Below the pieces are notes generated by a model that ran no database searches, had not been told where the DNA came from, and saw only the letters and a list, made by a program, of their open reading frames with translations. The position numbers were made by a program, and so were the translations under genes. Positions 39,749-50,293 of a stretch of DNA of 64,000 nt are shown piece by piece. How positions within the stretch are numbered: position 1 is the first letter of the stretch; each line of letters begins with the position of its first letter. This DNA is from a virus (lineage: Duplodnaviria; Caudoviricetes). Where the stretch lies: positions 91,647 to 155,646 of the IMG/VR virus record IMGVR_UViG_3300013121_000013. The stretch is one strand, 5' to 3'.

Positions 39749-40216
39749 ATGAGTTCTGCTCTCAAGCGCGAGCCAAAGACGTGGATGCTGTCTCTTGGTC
39801 AAATCATCAGCATTGACATCAAGTATTCTCCTAATCTGCTCACTGGGCTGCCGCGCGGGCTTAAATACGATAAGAATGATCTTGAGTCCGGCAGGTTGGC
39901 CTCTATCGTCATTAATGTTGATGGCTATGGCTCTATCGGAGTTTCTCGGGTCTTCTCTCAGAAAAACTTCTGTCGTCGGTACGCACGAAAAGTGACTACT
40001 GACGCGCTTCTTCATAAGTTGCGTGTGCAGTATAGCGATAAGGACAAGCATAAAGATAATCGAATTATCTTTAGCAAAGATGATCGTAGGACCATTTTTA
40101 AGATTCTGTGCCCAGAATATCGACAGCGCAAACCTGAGAAGCGAATTGCTAATAATAGCAATCAATGCACTGCTGAATATGGATGCGCTAACGTTGTTTG
40201 TTGCTCTCGGCTTTAA
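39749..40216 (+). CDS. hypothetical protein
   Basis: AAGGA RBS, co-oriented with neighbours. Confidence 0.55.
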   Translation: MSSALKREPKTWMLSLGQIISIDIKYSPNLLTGLPRGLKYDKNDLESGRLASIVINVDGYGSIGVSRVFSQKNFCRRYARKVTTDALLHKLRVQYSDKDKHKDNRIIFSKDDRRTIFKILCPEYRQRKPEKRIANNSNQCTAEYGCANVVCCSRL

Positions 40217-40270
40217 TATCATTTATTAGCACTATAACTTCTTGTAGACTAATAGGTTAAATCATGCACG

Positions 40271-40308
40271 GCCCCACAAGATAAATTGAATTGTTTTTCT
40301 TGTGGGGC
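40271..40308. terminator. intergenic hairpin
   Basis: GCCCCACAAGA ... TCTTGTGGGGC. Confidence 0.45.
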
Positions 40309-40332
40309 TGTATTATAATTGGAGTATAGAGA

Positions 40333-40827
40333 ATGAAAAAAGATAGGCCTATAATTGGGTTTATGGGCTATGGCCGTGCAGGGAAAGATACTGCCGGTGA
40401 ATGGCTAGGCAATAATAGCGATCTCAAATATATAGGTTCCTCGTCTAATGTAGTATGCCCATACATAGCCGCCGCTCTAGGCATTTCAGAAGAAGAAGCT
40501 TGGGCCACCAGGCATAAAAACAGAGAATTTTGGAAAACTTGGTGTGACGAATTTCGCAAGAACGATTATGCACGGATGTGCCGATTAATTCTTGAGAAGG
40601 GCGATATTGTAATAGGTCTAAGAGATAAAAAAGAGATCGAATGTTGCAGAGCTGAGGGTTTGGTAGACCTGTTTGTATGGATAGATCGCCCCGTAGAGGT
40701 TGATCCAACTGTCACTTTTGGTCCAGATGACTGTGATGTAGTTATTCGTAATTATGGCACTTTAGATGAATTTTATACTAAGCTTAGACGATTTATGAAT
40801 TTTGCAGGTATTAAGTTAAAAGATTAA
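40333..40827 (+). CDS. deoxynucleoside monophosphate kinase-like P-loop protein
   Basis: IGFMGYGRAGKDT, GLRDKKE, DVVIRNYGTLDE. Confidence 0.72.
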   Translation: MKKDRPIIGFMGYGRAGKDTAGEWLGNNSDLKYIGSSSNVVCPYIAAALGISEEEAWATRHKNREFWKTWCDEFRKNDYARMCRLILEKGDIVIGLRDKKEIECCRAEGLVDLFVWIDRPVEVDPTVTFGPDDCDVVIRNYGTLDEFYTKLRRFMNFAGIKLKD

Positions 40828-40857
40828 TTTGTTGTATTGTAATAGAGGTGTAGTTTA

Positions 40858-42228
40858 ATGAGTGGTATTCGTAAGTTTCGTAGCTTTTCCAACTCTCGTA
40901 TGTCTAGCCCAATGTCCATTGGGTTTAAGAGCGGCAATTATGTATTGAAGCGTAATCTGGCTGGTGTAGAGTATGTTCGACCTTCGTGGAACAGTACCGA
41001 ATCTATTTTTCGATTTCTTCCTACATGGAATGCACAGACTCAATCATGGGATCCTTGTAGAGTATCCGAAAGTGACGGACGATATGGACCATGGCAAGTT
41101 TGCTTTGAGGCAGTTCGTAATTTCGGAGATCCGGGCGTAACTATGCTGTTATGCGATGGAACTGATGATAGTTACGACCCGTATCACCAGAACCCGTGTT
41201 GGTTGTTATATAGGGCTATTAAGGACGCTTGCGATAGAAAGCAGGGTAAATCAGAGTGGTATCCGTTACTTCAGAAAGGTACTGGACGAGCTGCGGCACT
41301 TCAGCGCCCAGGAGAGATACTTTTAGCTCAAGCTTTGGTCTTCCGGCATAAGTCTAAGAATACCTTTGGTCCTGGCCGACCGCCGCTAGGCTTTGATCAG
41401 GGAGACCCAACTATAGTAGTAGAGCTATCTAAGTCTGCAGCTCAGGCTATGTTTGCTGCACTAGATGCTAGAAACGAGGATTATGAAGGTTTGGATCCGG
41501 ACGATCCTAACTCTTTTAAGCATCCAGATATCACCGGCATAGATAGAGGTGAGTTTGTTCACTTCTATCAGCTTGGTTTCGACCCTAGAGAGAAGAGCGA
41601 AGAGGCGCAGCAGGGTTTTGATCCATATAGCGCGAAGTCCGGACACGGGCTTATGCAACCTAGAAGTAATAAGGAAGACATAGGATTTGGTTCGTTTATT
41701 ACTCGAACTCTGGATGGCTCGCCTAAGGGTATAACAGCTTCTTTGAAGGGGCATGAAAAGAAGGTTCGTCAAAAGGTTAGAGCTTGGTCTGATATTTTGA
41801 ATTTCCCATCAGACATAGAGCAAGCACACCTTATAAATAAGATTTTCCCGCCTACAGCTATTTATTACGCATTTAATGATGATCACCCAGATTGGGTGTT
41901 AGACGAGACTAAGGATTTGGCTCTTGGACGTAAGCGTGTTAATGTTCCAGGCGGAGTACCAGTTAGTAGGGAAGCTGACGTAGCTGTACATCCTGATAAT
42001 TCTGATCCGTTTGGCGATCCAGACCCAAGCGAAGAAGTATATGAGGTTCCAACTAACGATGGTGTAGACGAGAACGTAGTCCCGTCGCACGATTTACAAG
42101 ATGGTGCCGAGGAAAAGAAATCTAACGATGATGATCTTCTTTCCAGTGGTAACATTAATGATGCGATGGCTGCGATGGAGAGGGCTCGTTTAAGAGCAAG
42201 AGCACGAAAACCTTCTATTGCCGAATAA
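40858..42228 (+). CDS. probable single-stranded DNA-binding protein
   Basis: FRFLP motif, acidic low-complexity C-terminus, position just before recA. Confidence 0.45.
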   Translation: MSGIRKFRSFSNSRMSSPMSIGFKSGNYVLKRNLAGVEYVRPSWNSTESIFRFLPTWNAQTQSWDPCRVSESDGRYGPWQVCFEAVRNFGDPGVTMLLCDGTDDSYDPYHQNPCWLLYRAIKDACDRKQGKSEWYPLLQKGTGRAAALQRPGEILLAQALVFRHKSKNTFGPGRPPLGFDQGDPTIVVELSKSAAQAMFAALDARNEDYEGLDPDDPNSFKHPDITGIDRGEFVHFYQLGFDPREKSEEAQQGFDPYSAKSGHGLMQPRSNKEDIGFGSFITRTLDGSPKGITASLKGHEKKVRQKVRAWSDILNFPSDIEQAHLINKIFPPTAIYYAFNDDHPDWVLDETKDLALGRKRVNVPGGVPVSREADVAVHPDNSDPFGDPDPSEEVYEVPTNDGVDENVVPSHDLQDGAEEKKSNDDDLLSSGNINDAMAAMERARLRARARKPSIAE

Positions 42229-42257
42229 TTTTTTCACTTAGTTTATTGATTTGAAGC

Positions 42258-42285
42258 AAAGCCTACATCTCTGTATGTAGGCTTT
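42258..42285. terminator. intergenic hairpin
   Basis: AAAGCCTACAT-CTCTGT-ATGTAGGCTTT. Confidence 0.5.
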
Positions 42286-43723
42286 GTCTTCTAATAGTTT
42301 TAGATTTATATACGGAGATGTTATGGCTAAAAAGAAAAAGTCCGAGTTTGTTGATGTTTTCGGCGGGGATCTAGACAAAGTATTCAACGAGATAGTTGAA
42401 AATGCTGAAGCTTATTTTGGAGAAGGTGGTATTTACTTGGCTAAAGATTCTGAAAGAAGGATTGTCGGTTTAACACTTCCATCTCTGGCAGCAAAATATT
42501 TGTTTCAATCAACCATATTTCCATTATCGAGAATGACTCAGCTTGTCGGAGAGCAAGCCAGCTTTAAAAGCACATTCCTATATGAAATAATGAGATGGCA
42601 TAGAGCTTATGGTGGTCGTACCGTACTACTCGAAGCAGAAACCAAAGATTCTCCAGAAATACGAGCAGCTATCATGAATTATGACGAACAAGCAGTAATT
42701 CATAGACCTTGTGCAGATATGGAATCTTGGCAAGAGGGAATGGTTTACTTTATTGATAAGTTTCAAAGGGCCTTTTTAGGTACTTCTAGCAACCCCGGGC
42801 CAGGAAGAGTTGCACCTATTTGTATAGGTGTAGATTCTCTTATGGGCAAAGCTTGTAGAGAGACTCAGAAGAAAGTACAGAAATCTGGACACGCAGAACG
42901 TGGCTATGCTCTTGAAGCTAATCTAATCTCCATATTTATGAAGTGCATGCCGCAGACTATAGCAGATTGGCCATTCTCTATAATTGGTGTTAATCATAGA
43001 AAGCCTGCTGTGACACCACAAGGCCTTCCTACAGGCAAGGTTGCAGGCGGAATGTCTCTTAAGTTCCAAGAGACATATGAACTAAGACTTACTAAAGTTA
43101 AAAGTTTTGAAAAAGCTAACTATTCAGGCAGCACAGTTCAGATCCGCACTGATAAAAATAGTCTAGGTCCAGATCGTAAAAAGATAGATGTAGATATAAT
43201 CTTTTGGAATGATTATGACCAAGAGCGCGGGCTGAGACAGCACGCACTTTGGGACTGGTACGGTGCATCAATAAAGCTTTTATACAGCTTTAAGAAGCAG
43301 GCTGGTCTATTTAATAGGATAATGGAGATATGCGATATACGAGAGGGCAAAAAGCCAGGCACAGCCTGGTCTAAATCTTTAGGAGTGCCTAGTGACGACC
43401 CTCAACCCATTAGAGAAGTTGGAAAGCTTCTAGAGGGTAGATCAGATATTTTGTCGTCCTTATATCCAATTCTGGGTATTAGAGAACGAATGCCATTTTC
43501 TCCAGGTATTGACTATCTAGATCAAATGAAGCAATCTTCTGATATATCAAGGATACGAGAAGCCACGTTGGAAAATGTTAATCTCTTGGAAGACCCTAGA
43601 CAGGTTGGAGTGTCTTATTTCAGTTCTGACGTAGAAAATGCAGAGGCAGAAATAGATAACGAAGAGACACCCACTGACAACGCTTCAGACGACGACAGTT
43701 TCGATCCAGATGTAGATTTGTAG
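42284..43723 (+). CDS. recA: RecA/UvsX-like recombinase
   Basis: GEQASFKST, LEAE, GVDSL, VNH, AGGMSLKF, KNSLGP; probable start MAKKKKS. Confidence 0.8.
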   Translation: MSSNSFRFIYGDVMAKKKKSEFVDVFGGDLDKVFNEIVENAEAYFGEGGIYLAKDSERRIVGLTLPSLAAKYLFQSTIFPLSRMTQLVGEQASFKSTFLYEIMRWHRAYGGRTVLLEAETKDSPEIRAAIMNYDEQAVIHRPCADMESWQEGMVYFIDKFQRAFLGTSSNPGPGRVAPICIGVDSLMGKACRETQKKVQKSGHAERGYALEANLISIFMKCMPQTIADWPFSIIGVNHRKPAVTPQGLPTGKVAGGMSLKFQETYELRLTKVKSFEKANYSGSTVQIRTDKNSLGPDRKKIDVDIIFWNDYDQERGLRQHALWDWYGASIKLLYSFKKQAGLFNRIMEICDIREGKKPGTAWSKSLGVPSDDPQPIREVGKLLEGRSDILSSLYPILGIRERMPFSPGIDYLDQMKQSSDISRIREATLENVNLLEDPRQVGVSYFSSDVENAEAEIDNEETPTDNASDDDSFDPDVDL

Positions 43724-43731
43724 AGATAAAA

Positions 43732-44217
43732 ATGCAAAGATACCATAGCGCAAGGACAATAAGGACTATTAGAAAAAGATTAAAGATGTATATGCTTAAT
43801 CATTTTGGAATGTGTTATTGTAGTGACGGCGATTCACACCATAATCAATCTCAATACGAGTCCAAGGTTAAACGTTTTGGAGAATTCTTCAATTATCACA
43901 AATTCTTAAATGCTTGTTCAATTTGTTGCTTTTGTCCTTTGTGCTGTGGTAGGCTTAGTATTTTAAATAAAAGTAAGTCTAATAAAGAAAAGTGCGTTTG
44001 TTCAAGGTGTAAGGCTAGAGCTAAACATTTTAATAGACCTAGATCTATGAATAGAAAACATAGACTAACTAGACAAGAACTTAGTGAGGCACTTAAATTT
44101 TTTGAAGAGCTACAGGAGTTAGTCCCTCGCAAGTTTAAAAGATATTGCAGATCGGTATCTAGATCGACGTTTAAACGTAATATGCAAGTTATTTTACCTT
44201 ACGAACTTTACCGATAA
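43732..44217 (+). CDS. basic Cys-rich hypothetical protein
   Basis: CSICCFCPLCC, CVCSRC. Confidence 0.5.
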   Translation: MQRYHSARTIRTIRKRLKMYMLNHFGMCYCSDGDSHHNQSQYESKVKRFGEFFNYHKFLNACSICCFCPLCCGRLSILNKSKSNKEKCVCSRCKARAKHFNRPRSMNRKHRLTRQELSEALKFFEELQELVPRKFKRYCRSVSRSTFKRNMQVILPYELYR

Positions 44218-44237
44218 AGTAGGCAGAGGCGTTAGTA

Positions 44238-44810
44238 ATGGAATATAATAGAGAGTTTAATATAGACGATGACAACTCTATATTTGGTAGCAGAGCAGAG
44301 CAGATAGCAGAAATAACCAAGAATAAGCAGACTAATCTAGAGTTGAGAGTAGTCAATCAGATAATTAAAAAATTTGGCACTCCTATAATGCTAAACTATA
44401 TTAAAGGTAAAAATAAAGAAGCAGGAAGGGACTCCGATATTTCGCTCGTAGGCTTCTACGAAGCTTTTCCAGACTTTCCTGTTTTTATCAGAGCGAAGCA
44501 CATATACAAAGCTAGAGATATTACTTTAAATAACTTGAAACGAAATTTTGAAAAATCAGAAATTTATGAAGCGTTCCAAGATGTTAGAGAAGAGGCCGCA
44601 GATATTGGAGTTGAAGGTTTAATCGGTGTGGTTTTTGAATGGCAGTTTGATAATTTGACTATTATGCATAATAATACTGACGTGCTTAATTTTCCAGGAT
44701 TTAGGGTAGTTAAAAATATTAACGTCCAGGCGAAAAGATACACTTATATTATTGAACCACTTTCAGACTTTTTTAGCACCATGTCTGAATGGCATCCTAA
44801 CCTATCTTGA
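44238..44810 (+). CDS. hypothetical protein
   Basis: 190 aa ORF with GAGG RBS. Confidence 0.6.
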   Translation: MEYNREFNIDDDNSIFGSRAEQIAEITKNKQTNLELRVVNQIIKKFGTPIMLNYIKGKNKEAGRDSDISLVGFYEAFPDFPVFIRAKHIYKARDITLNNLKRNFEKSEIYEAFQDVREEAADIGVEGLIGVVFEWQFDNLTIMHNNTDVLNFPGFRVVKNINVQAKRYTYIIEPLSDFFSTMSEWHPNLS

Positions 44811-44824
44811 TAGAGATCTATCAA
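44807..44824. promoter_or_regulatory. 18-bp palindromic motif, copy 3
   Basis: TTGATAGAGATCTATCAA, spanning the upstream TGA and abutting ATG 44825. Confidence 0.7.
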
Positions 44825-45946
44825 ATGCTGAAACTGGCTATTATACCTGAATCGAATGAATTCTTTAAAGACTCTATATCAAGACTTGATCAATTGTTAG
44901 TTGCTCAAGAGCGAAGATCTAGACTAATAAGCATAGCAGATAACAAAGAACTCTTAATATCATCAAAGGGGAAAGTCCAAGCTAATGGCTTTTCTTATAT
45001 AACTACAGCTCTGGCCGAAACTTGCAGGGCGGCCTGCCCTGGTTTGTGGAAACTGGTTAACGACTTGTCTGGTATATACAACTCTACACCACCCGACCAA
45101 GTACAGGTAAACGCAGCCATTTCGACATTTAATGCTGTAGTTGGGGCCAGATTTTCCGAAAGACTATACGGCCGAACAGTGGTAGCCAATGATGATTCCC
45201 ATACTTATGAAGGTATTCTTGGACCATCATATCAACACCTACCAAATTTAAATTTATTCGATATACTTAGGCAGGTATCCGATGGCTTTGGCGCAGATCT
45301 GTGTTATGCAATGACAGTTGGAAGAAGAATAAGATTTGTTTTTTGCTGGCCTATTAAGGTTTCTGTGTCATATCTTGATTCTGTGTTTTCTTATAATCCA
45401 GGATTTTCTATAACAAATGACGAGACAGGAGAGGCCGCTGTTAGAGGTCAGCCAATTTGGTTTAATTCTGAGTCTAATCTAATTTGTCCAAGATTAGAAA
45501 GGTATGAGAGAATAATACATACAGGTAAGGGATTTAATAGAAAATTAACAACGGCATTGCATAGATTAGCAGTAGAGCCATCTAGAAAAGAATTCATAGA
45601 ATTTGAATCTTGTCTTTTAAAGATGTGCAAATCGAAATTAAACCTTTCTTCTGAAGATGTCTATGGCGAGGGTGAAAGGTCTAAAAAAATAATAAGATTC
45701 CTCATCAAGTGTGGGCTTACCAGAATGCTATCCAGTCGAATACTTGAATTAACTTGTAGACAAGGCGTTAGCAGCAAGGTTAAGAGAGGAACAGAAACCT
45801 TATTAACAGGAATCATGCAGAATCGCCACGTATTTGACTTGTTTATTACTATCTTGAGAGAGGCTAAAGCCCTCTCTCTACAGCATAGAGAACAAGCTGA
45901 AAAATCTGCATTCAATGTTTTGAAATCTTACGGATACAGAATTTAG
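44825..45946 (+). CDS. DUF932-like protein
   Basis: GILGPSYQHLPNLNL, GFSITNDETG..AV, N.IC, IIHTG. Confidence 0.55.
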   Translation: MLKLAIIPESNEFFKDSISRLDQLLVAQERRSRLISIADNKELLISSKGKVQANGFSYITTALAETCRAACPGLWKLVNDLSGIYNSTPPDQVQVNAAISTFNAVVGARFSERLYGRTVVANDDSHTYEGILGPSYQHLPNLNLFDILRQVSDGFGADLCYAMTVGRRIRFVFCWPIKVSVSYLDSVFSYNPGFSITNDETGEAAVRGQPIWFNSESNLICPRLERYERIIHTGKGFNRKLTTALHRLAVEPSRKEFIEFESCLLKMCKSKLNLSSEDVYGEGERSKKIIRFLIKCGLTRMLSSRILELTCRQGVSSKVKRGTETLLTGIMQNRHVFDLFITILREAKALSLQHREQAEKSAFNVLKSYGYRI

Positions 45947-45955
45947 GAGTTAAAA

Positions 45956-46897
45956 ATGGCTAGAACTAAGTCGGAACCTAAGGTAATTGTCAGACCAACA
46001 CTCGAAGAGCGCACAAAGGTATTAAAGAATTCTACTCCAGCATTCCAGCAAATGTATGATCAAATGCTGGCTAACTATAATGACGAATCTACTAACTTAA
46101 TTAGATCAAGGTATTTGCAGGGAAAGAATGTTCTTGAACTAATGAGCCCTGAATCACGAAAGACTTATGGTCCAAAGTCAGTGGCAAAGATGGCATACTG
46201 TCTAGGCGAAGATAGAAGTTATTTACAGAACTGTCGGCGCTTTGCAGAGGTTATTGAGGAGGACGAGCTAGAAGAGCTCATCGAATCAAGGACAGCCGGA
46301 AATAACGCGGTCACATGGTCACATGTAACAGTTTTGTTCATGCTGCCAGATCGAGAATCTCGTGATGCAGCATTGCAGCATTTACTTGATAATGACTTGA
46401 GTTTCTTGGCTTTCAGAGAGTGGGTTCGTGCTGAGTTTGGTGCTTCTGGCAAGGCCAATAATCCAGGGGGTAGAGATGGTAAGAAAGACAAGCGACCTTC
46501 TACCTTTATTGGCTTTGTAGAAAACGTATCAAACGATGTAGGAAAAATCCTTAGCCAGGCCACTGATGTATGGCTCAAAGAAGACGACAGCGATCCAAGA
46601 ACGCTGAAGGCTCTTTTTGAGGCAGCGTCTAAGGATAACGCCATTGACAAGAAGGCTATTCAAAAGGCAGAGTCGGTTAAAAATATGTGTCAGGCCGCCG
46701 CTGTTAAGCTGCTGTCTCTAGAACGGGAGTTTAGCGTATTTTTGTCTAAGGTCTCTTCTGTACAGGCACAGCCCTCTCTTGTGAATAGTAATATATCTCC
46801 TAATGCAGATGATGACAATGACGAATATATTGAAGAAGATGACAAGAGAGAAGTCATTATTAAAACAAGAAAGAGGAGGGAGGTCACATCTAAGTAG
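45956..46897 (+). CDS. DUF1016/YhcG N-terminal-like protein
   Basis: YGPKSVAKMA..LG.DRSYLQNCRRFAE...VTWSHVTVL. Confidence 0.55.
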   Translation: MARTKSEPKVIVRPTLEERTKVLKNSTPAFQQMYDQMLANYNDESTNLIRSRYLQGKNVLELMSPESRKTYGPKSVAKMAYCLGEDRSYLQNCRRFAEVIEEDELEELIESRTAGNNAVTWSHVTVLFMLPDRESRDAALQHLLDNDLSFLAFREWVRAEFGASGKANNPGGRDGKKDKRPSTFIGFVENVSNDVGKILSQATDVWLKEDDSDPRTLKALFEAASKDNAIDKKAIQKAESVKNMCQAAAVKLLSLEREFSVFLSKVSSVQAQPSLVNSNISPNADDDNDEYIEEDDKREVIIKTRKRREVTSK

Positions 46898-47688
46898 TGT
46901 CTACAATTTGCGTTCTCACTTACGCCGACTACACCGATCTAGCTTGCAGATGTCTAGATTCTATCTACTCTTTGATTAAAAGTTGTGTTGAGAACGGCCA
47001 TTCTTACTTGACGTCTGTAAAGATCGGTTGTAATCAACCGTCCGAGAAGTTGGTAAAGTTATGCACAAAATTTTCGATCGATATTCAGGATAAATGTCCA
47101 TCTATATCATCTTCGGTTAGCATTTACCCCGATAATCGGTACAAATGGCCAGTGCTAAGATCTTGGATGGGCTTACCGACTTCATTTACTAGATCTGTTG
47201 ATCCGATATCGTCTAATTTTGTGATGTGGTTCGATGATGACTCTTATCTTAAGACACCTACAGCTAGTTGGCTAAGAGACGTATATGGTAAGATGAGAGA
47301 TTGCGATGTTATGGGCTCTGTCTACAGATCTGAAGTCGGCGATAGATTAGATTGGATGCGAAACCAATCATGGTGGAAAGGCAAAGAGTTAAATATAAAC
47401 TCTAAGTGTAAATACGTTATAGAGTTCGCAACTGGAGGATGGTGGGTAGCTCGGACTAGTGTTCTAAGAGAACTCAACTTTCCTCCAGAGGAACTTAGGC
47501 ATAATGGAGGAGATAGCCTTCTAGGAGCAATGATGTATCAATCAGGGCTTAAATTGAAGCACGATAGGTGCGACGTGGCCATTAATGCCGACGAGGCTGG
47601 TAACGAATCTAGATCTATCAGAAGAGGATATTCTGAAAATCCAATAGGAAGTTTAGGTTATTTTGATGCACATGAAACTAACGTTTAA
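46897..47688 (+). CDS. GT-A fold glycosyltransferase (family 2-like)
   Basis: FVMWFDDDSY DxD motif, FATGGWW, HNGGD. Confidence 0.65.
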   Translation: MSTICVLTYADYTDLACRCLDSIYSLIKSCVENGHSYLTSVKIGCNQPSEKLVKLCTKFSIDIQDKCPSISSSVSIYPDNRYKWPVLRSWMGLPTSFTRSVDPISSNFVMWFDDDSYLKTPTASWLRDVYGKMRDCDVMGSVYRSEVGDRLDWMRNQSWWKGKELNINSKCKYVIEFATGGWWVARTSVLRELNFPPEELRHNGGDSLLGAMMYQSGLKLKHDRCDVAINADEAGNESRSIRRGYSENPIGSLGYFDAHETNV

Positions 47689-48094
47689 CTATATTGACTT
47701 GAATAAGGCAAGAGAATTTGACATGGCACCAGAGGACATCATCCCAAGGGACGATGGTCGAACATGGTTAATGTTAGATTCACCCATTATTTTAGATGGT
47801 CCACAGGATCCAAATAAAATTTGGAGATATAACTATAACGGTAAGTTTATACGAGTGGCTCTTCTTCCATATTGCTCAATAGGCTTGGACCCAGAAAATG
47901 CCTTATCTCATTCTCTAGCTATAGGATTTAAGGCGGCTACTCAGATATCTTCTTTAAATAGAAATTATTCAATAGAAAGATTACACCTATCGATTGGCAA
48001 TCCTATCGAAGAACTAGAAAAATATCTGGATATAGGCGGAAAGAAAGTAGACTGTTTTCGATATTGGCTAGGTATTTCCGTAAAAGTTGTTTGA
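47663..48094 (+). CDS. hypothetical protein
   Basis: coupled ORF. Confidence 0.55.
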   Translation: MMHMKLTFNYIDLNKAREFDMAPEDIIPRDDGRTWLMLDSPIILDGPQDPNKIWRYNYNGKFIRVALLPYCSIGLDPENALSHSLAIGFKAATQISSLNRNYSIERLHLSIGNPIEELEKYLDIGGKKVDCFRYWLGISVKVV

Positions 48095-48486
48095 TAGGAG
48101 ATTCTGTGATGGCGTTTGTCATTGCTTCTGGCAAGTTGGACACTGGATTTGTACTGTATGAAAGTGATGAAGATGGGGTATCTTGGAATAGTTTTGCAGA
48201 GTGCAAGAAAGTAGCTGAAGAATATCTTGGAGAGCCGTATCAAATCTTGGAACTTTTCAAAATCGAGGGCAGCATGAATAACGTAAATAGCGAGATGGAC
48301 AACGACACCTATTCTGTTGCAGATGAACTTGAGGATGTCGAGTTCGACGAAGAAGACGAACTTGAAGATGAAGACCTTGATGAGTTTGAGGACGAGGATC
48401 TAGACGATCTCGATCTAGATGAAGAAGACCTAGAAGACTTTGAAGACGACGACTTTGAGGACGACGAAGTAGAGGACGACGAGTAA
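48064..48486 (+). CDS. small protein with very acidic C-terminal half
   Basis: about 50-residue D/E run; probable start MAFVIAS after GGAG. Confidence 0.65.
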   Translation: MARYFRKSCLIGDSVMAFVIASGKLDTGFVLYESDEDGVSWNSFAECKKVAEEYLGEPYQILELFKIEGSMNNVNSEMDNDTYSVADELEDVEFDEEDELEDEDLDEFEDEDLDDLDLDEEDLEDFEDDDFEDDEVEDDE

Positions 48487-48490
48487 TCTA

Positions 48491-49360
48491 GTGATAGATA
48501 TTAAGCATAACTTATCAAGAGTGTTTTCTTTGAGAAAGAAGATAGCCGACCAAGCCTTTAATGGCTTGGTCGGTTCTACTGCAGATAAGTCTATACTAGA
48601 ATCTATAGCCCAATCGGCCTCTAGAATCTTATCTAGCAATGTATCCGAAGACATAGTTTATAGGTCGATAGAAAATTTAGCTGGCAAGATTTTGACAATT
48701 CGACTTATATACGAAACATCTTGGAGGCTGTCAGGCAATATAAGGCTTCTATCGATTGGTGTGCCTATAAAGCCTTGGAATAGACAAGTAGATAGAGAGT
48801 GGGTTCCGTTCCAGATTACAGAATATGACTATAAGTCATCAGCGTCTAGGAAAATGCGAGATGGAAATAAGGTCTTTTTTCATACATTCAAGCTGCAGAC
48901 ACTCGCGGGTACACCATGTCCAATTCTGGTATCTAAAAGTTGGTCAACAACAGGTCTGAGTATCGTTTCGAAGATCTTAGGATTTTCCAATAGTTGGGGT
49001 AAAAATCCGTATAAATCTCCAAGGCAATTTGTAGGTATGCGCTTTAGGGGTTTACTTCTTCCTGAGGTTTCCACTGAAGTTATGCCAGGCTTTAGGGAAC
49101 TCAAGTCAACATCTACTATGCTAAAGTGGAATAAAGATCTACTAAAGATCCGGGCTAGAGCTATTGGTGATTTTTCATGCCCAGAAGAGTTTAATCCTGT
49201 ATTAGTGCCGTGTCATTCGTGCTTTAGAGGTTACGAATCTTGCCAAGCCGCAACTCATCCTTATGACTATGCTCTAATAAAGTGTCCGATTTGCAATTCT
49301 GAAAGCTGGGCTGATGATAGTGATATCTGCATTAATTGTTATACTAAGAGGAAGTTATGA
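48491..49360 (+). CDS. hypothetical protein with C-terminal Cys clusters
   Basis: CHSC, CPIC...CINC. Confidence 0.65.
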   Translation: MIDIKHNLSRVFSLRKKIADQAFNGLVGSTADKSILESIAQSASRILSSNVSEDIVYRSIENLAGKILTIRLIYETSWRLSGNIRLLSIGVPIKPWNRQVDREWVPFQITEYDYKSSASRKMRDGNKVFFHTFKLQTLAGTPCPILVSKSWSTTGLSIVSKILGFSNSWGKNPYKSPRQFVGMRFRGLLLPEVSTEVMPGFRELKSTSTMLKWNKDLLKIRARAIGDFSCPEEFNPVLVPCHSCFRGYESCQAATHPYDYALIKCPICNSESWADDSDICINCYTKRKL

Positions 49361-49833
49361 GAACTAAGCATCAACAAAGAATTGAAGAGATGATGGCTAA
49401 AGCAGGGCAGGGTCGTCCACCTGCTCCTGTTATACCAAACGAAGATATTCGTCGTCTTCGTGCTATGCTAATTTTGGAAGAGGCACTGGAAACTTGTGAG
49501 GCTTTGGGTTTTAGATTAATATATGGAAACTCGACGCCCATTATTGAAGCAGTAAAATCAGGGACTTTTGTTTATGTGCCCACAGAGCCAAATTTAGAAG
49601 AAATAGCTGATGGCTGTGCCGACATATCTGTAGTTACTATTGGCACTCTTTCCGCTTGTGGGATAGATGACGAGCCACTTCTTGAAGAGGTAGATAAGAA
49701 TAATCTACAAAAATTCGGAGAAGGTGGCTATCGTAATGAGCATGGAAAGTGGTGCAAGCCAGCTGGGCATAAGCCACCAGATATAGTGAAAATTTTAAAG
49801 GAGCAAGGATATGACCCTTCAGTTAAGGCCTAA
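49357..49833 (+). CDS. MazG-like / PRA-PH family NTP pyrophosphohydrolase
   Basis: LILEEALE, EIADGCADI, EVDKNNLQK, GKWCKP..HKPPD. Confidence 0.82.
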   Translation: MRTKHQQRIEEMMAKAGQGRPPAPVIPNEDIRRLRAMLILEEALETCEALGFRLIYGNSTPIIEAVKSGTFVYVPTEPNLEEIADGCADISVVTIGTLSACGIDDEPLLEEVDKNNLQKFGEGGYRNEHGKWCKPAGHKPPDIVKILKEQGYDPSVKA

Positions 49834-50290
49834 AGACGCAGGTCCGAATGCGCCTATGTATGCACCAGCGAGGGATTTGGCACATTGTTTTCCATCTTTG
49901 GCTAGACAAGCAGTATATGGTTTAGCTGATATCGCTTTAGAGGACTGGTTTAAGGACTACCTAAAGGAAAATCTTGTAACTCAAGAAGATCTCTGCACAA
50001 TGGCTGTAGCTGTAGCTAAAGCTATAAATAACTATGCCGATACAAAGTATAAGAACCCTATGGAAGCTTTGATGGCGGCTGGATTTTACGATACTAAGCC
50101 CGTAGCCCAAGCCGCGTTCTGCATTAAGCTAGGTCAAGCTTTTCTTGGAGCCTATTTTACAGCCATGAGAGATGTTCTTAGGCAAGAGGATGGACCGCCT
50201 ATATCCGTACAAAAACTTGTTGAAGACGCTAAAGATTTGCAACGTCTGATGGATGAAAAAGCTGCAGACAGAGGTACGTGCAAAGGTTAA
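49811..50290 (+). CDS. hypothetical protein
   Basis: coupled ORF with GGAG RBS. Confidence 0.6.
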   Translation: MTLQLRPKDAGPNAPMYAPARDLAHCFPSLARQAVYGLADIALEDWFKDYLKENLVTQEDLCTMAVAVAKAINNYADTKYKNPMEALMAAGFYDTKPVAQAAFCIKLGQAFLGAYFTAMRDVLRQEDGPPISVQKLVEDAKDLQRLMDEKAADRGTCKG

Positions 50291-50293
50291 ACT

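Noticed and set aside
39686-40222. 178-aa minus-strand ORF
   Set aside because: Opposes a co-oriented + ORF with an RBS; no motif support.
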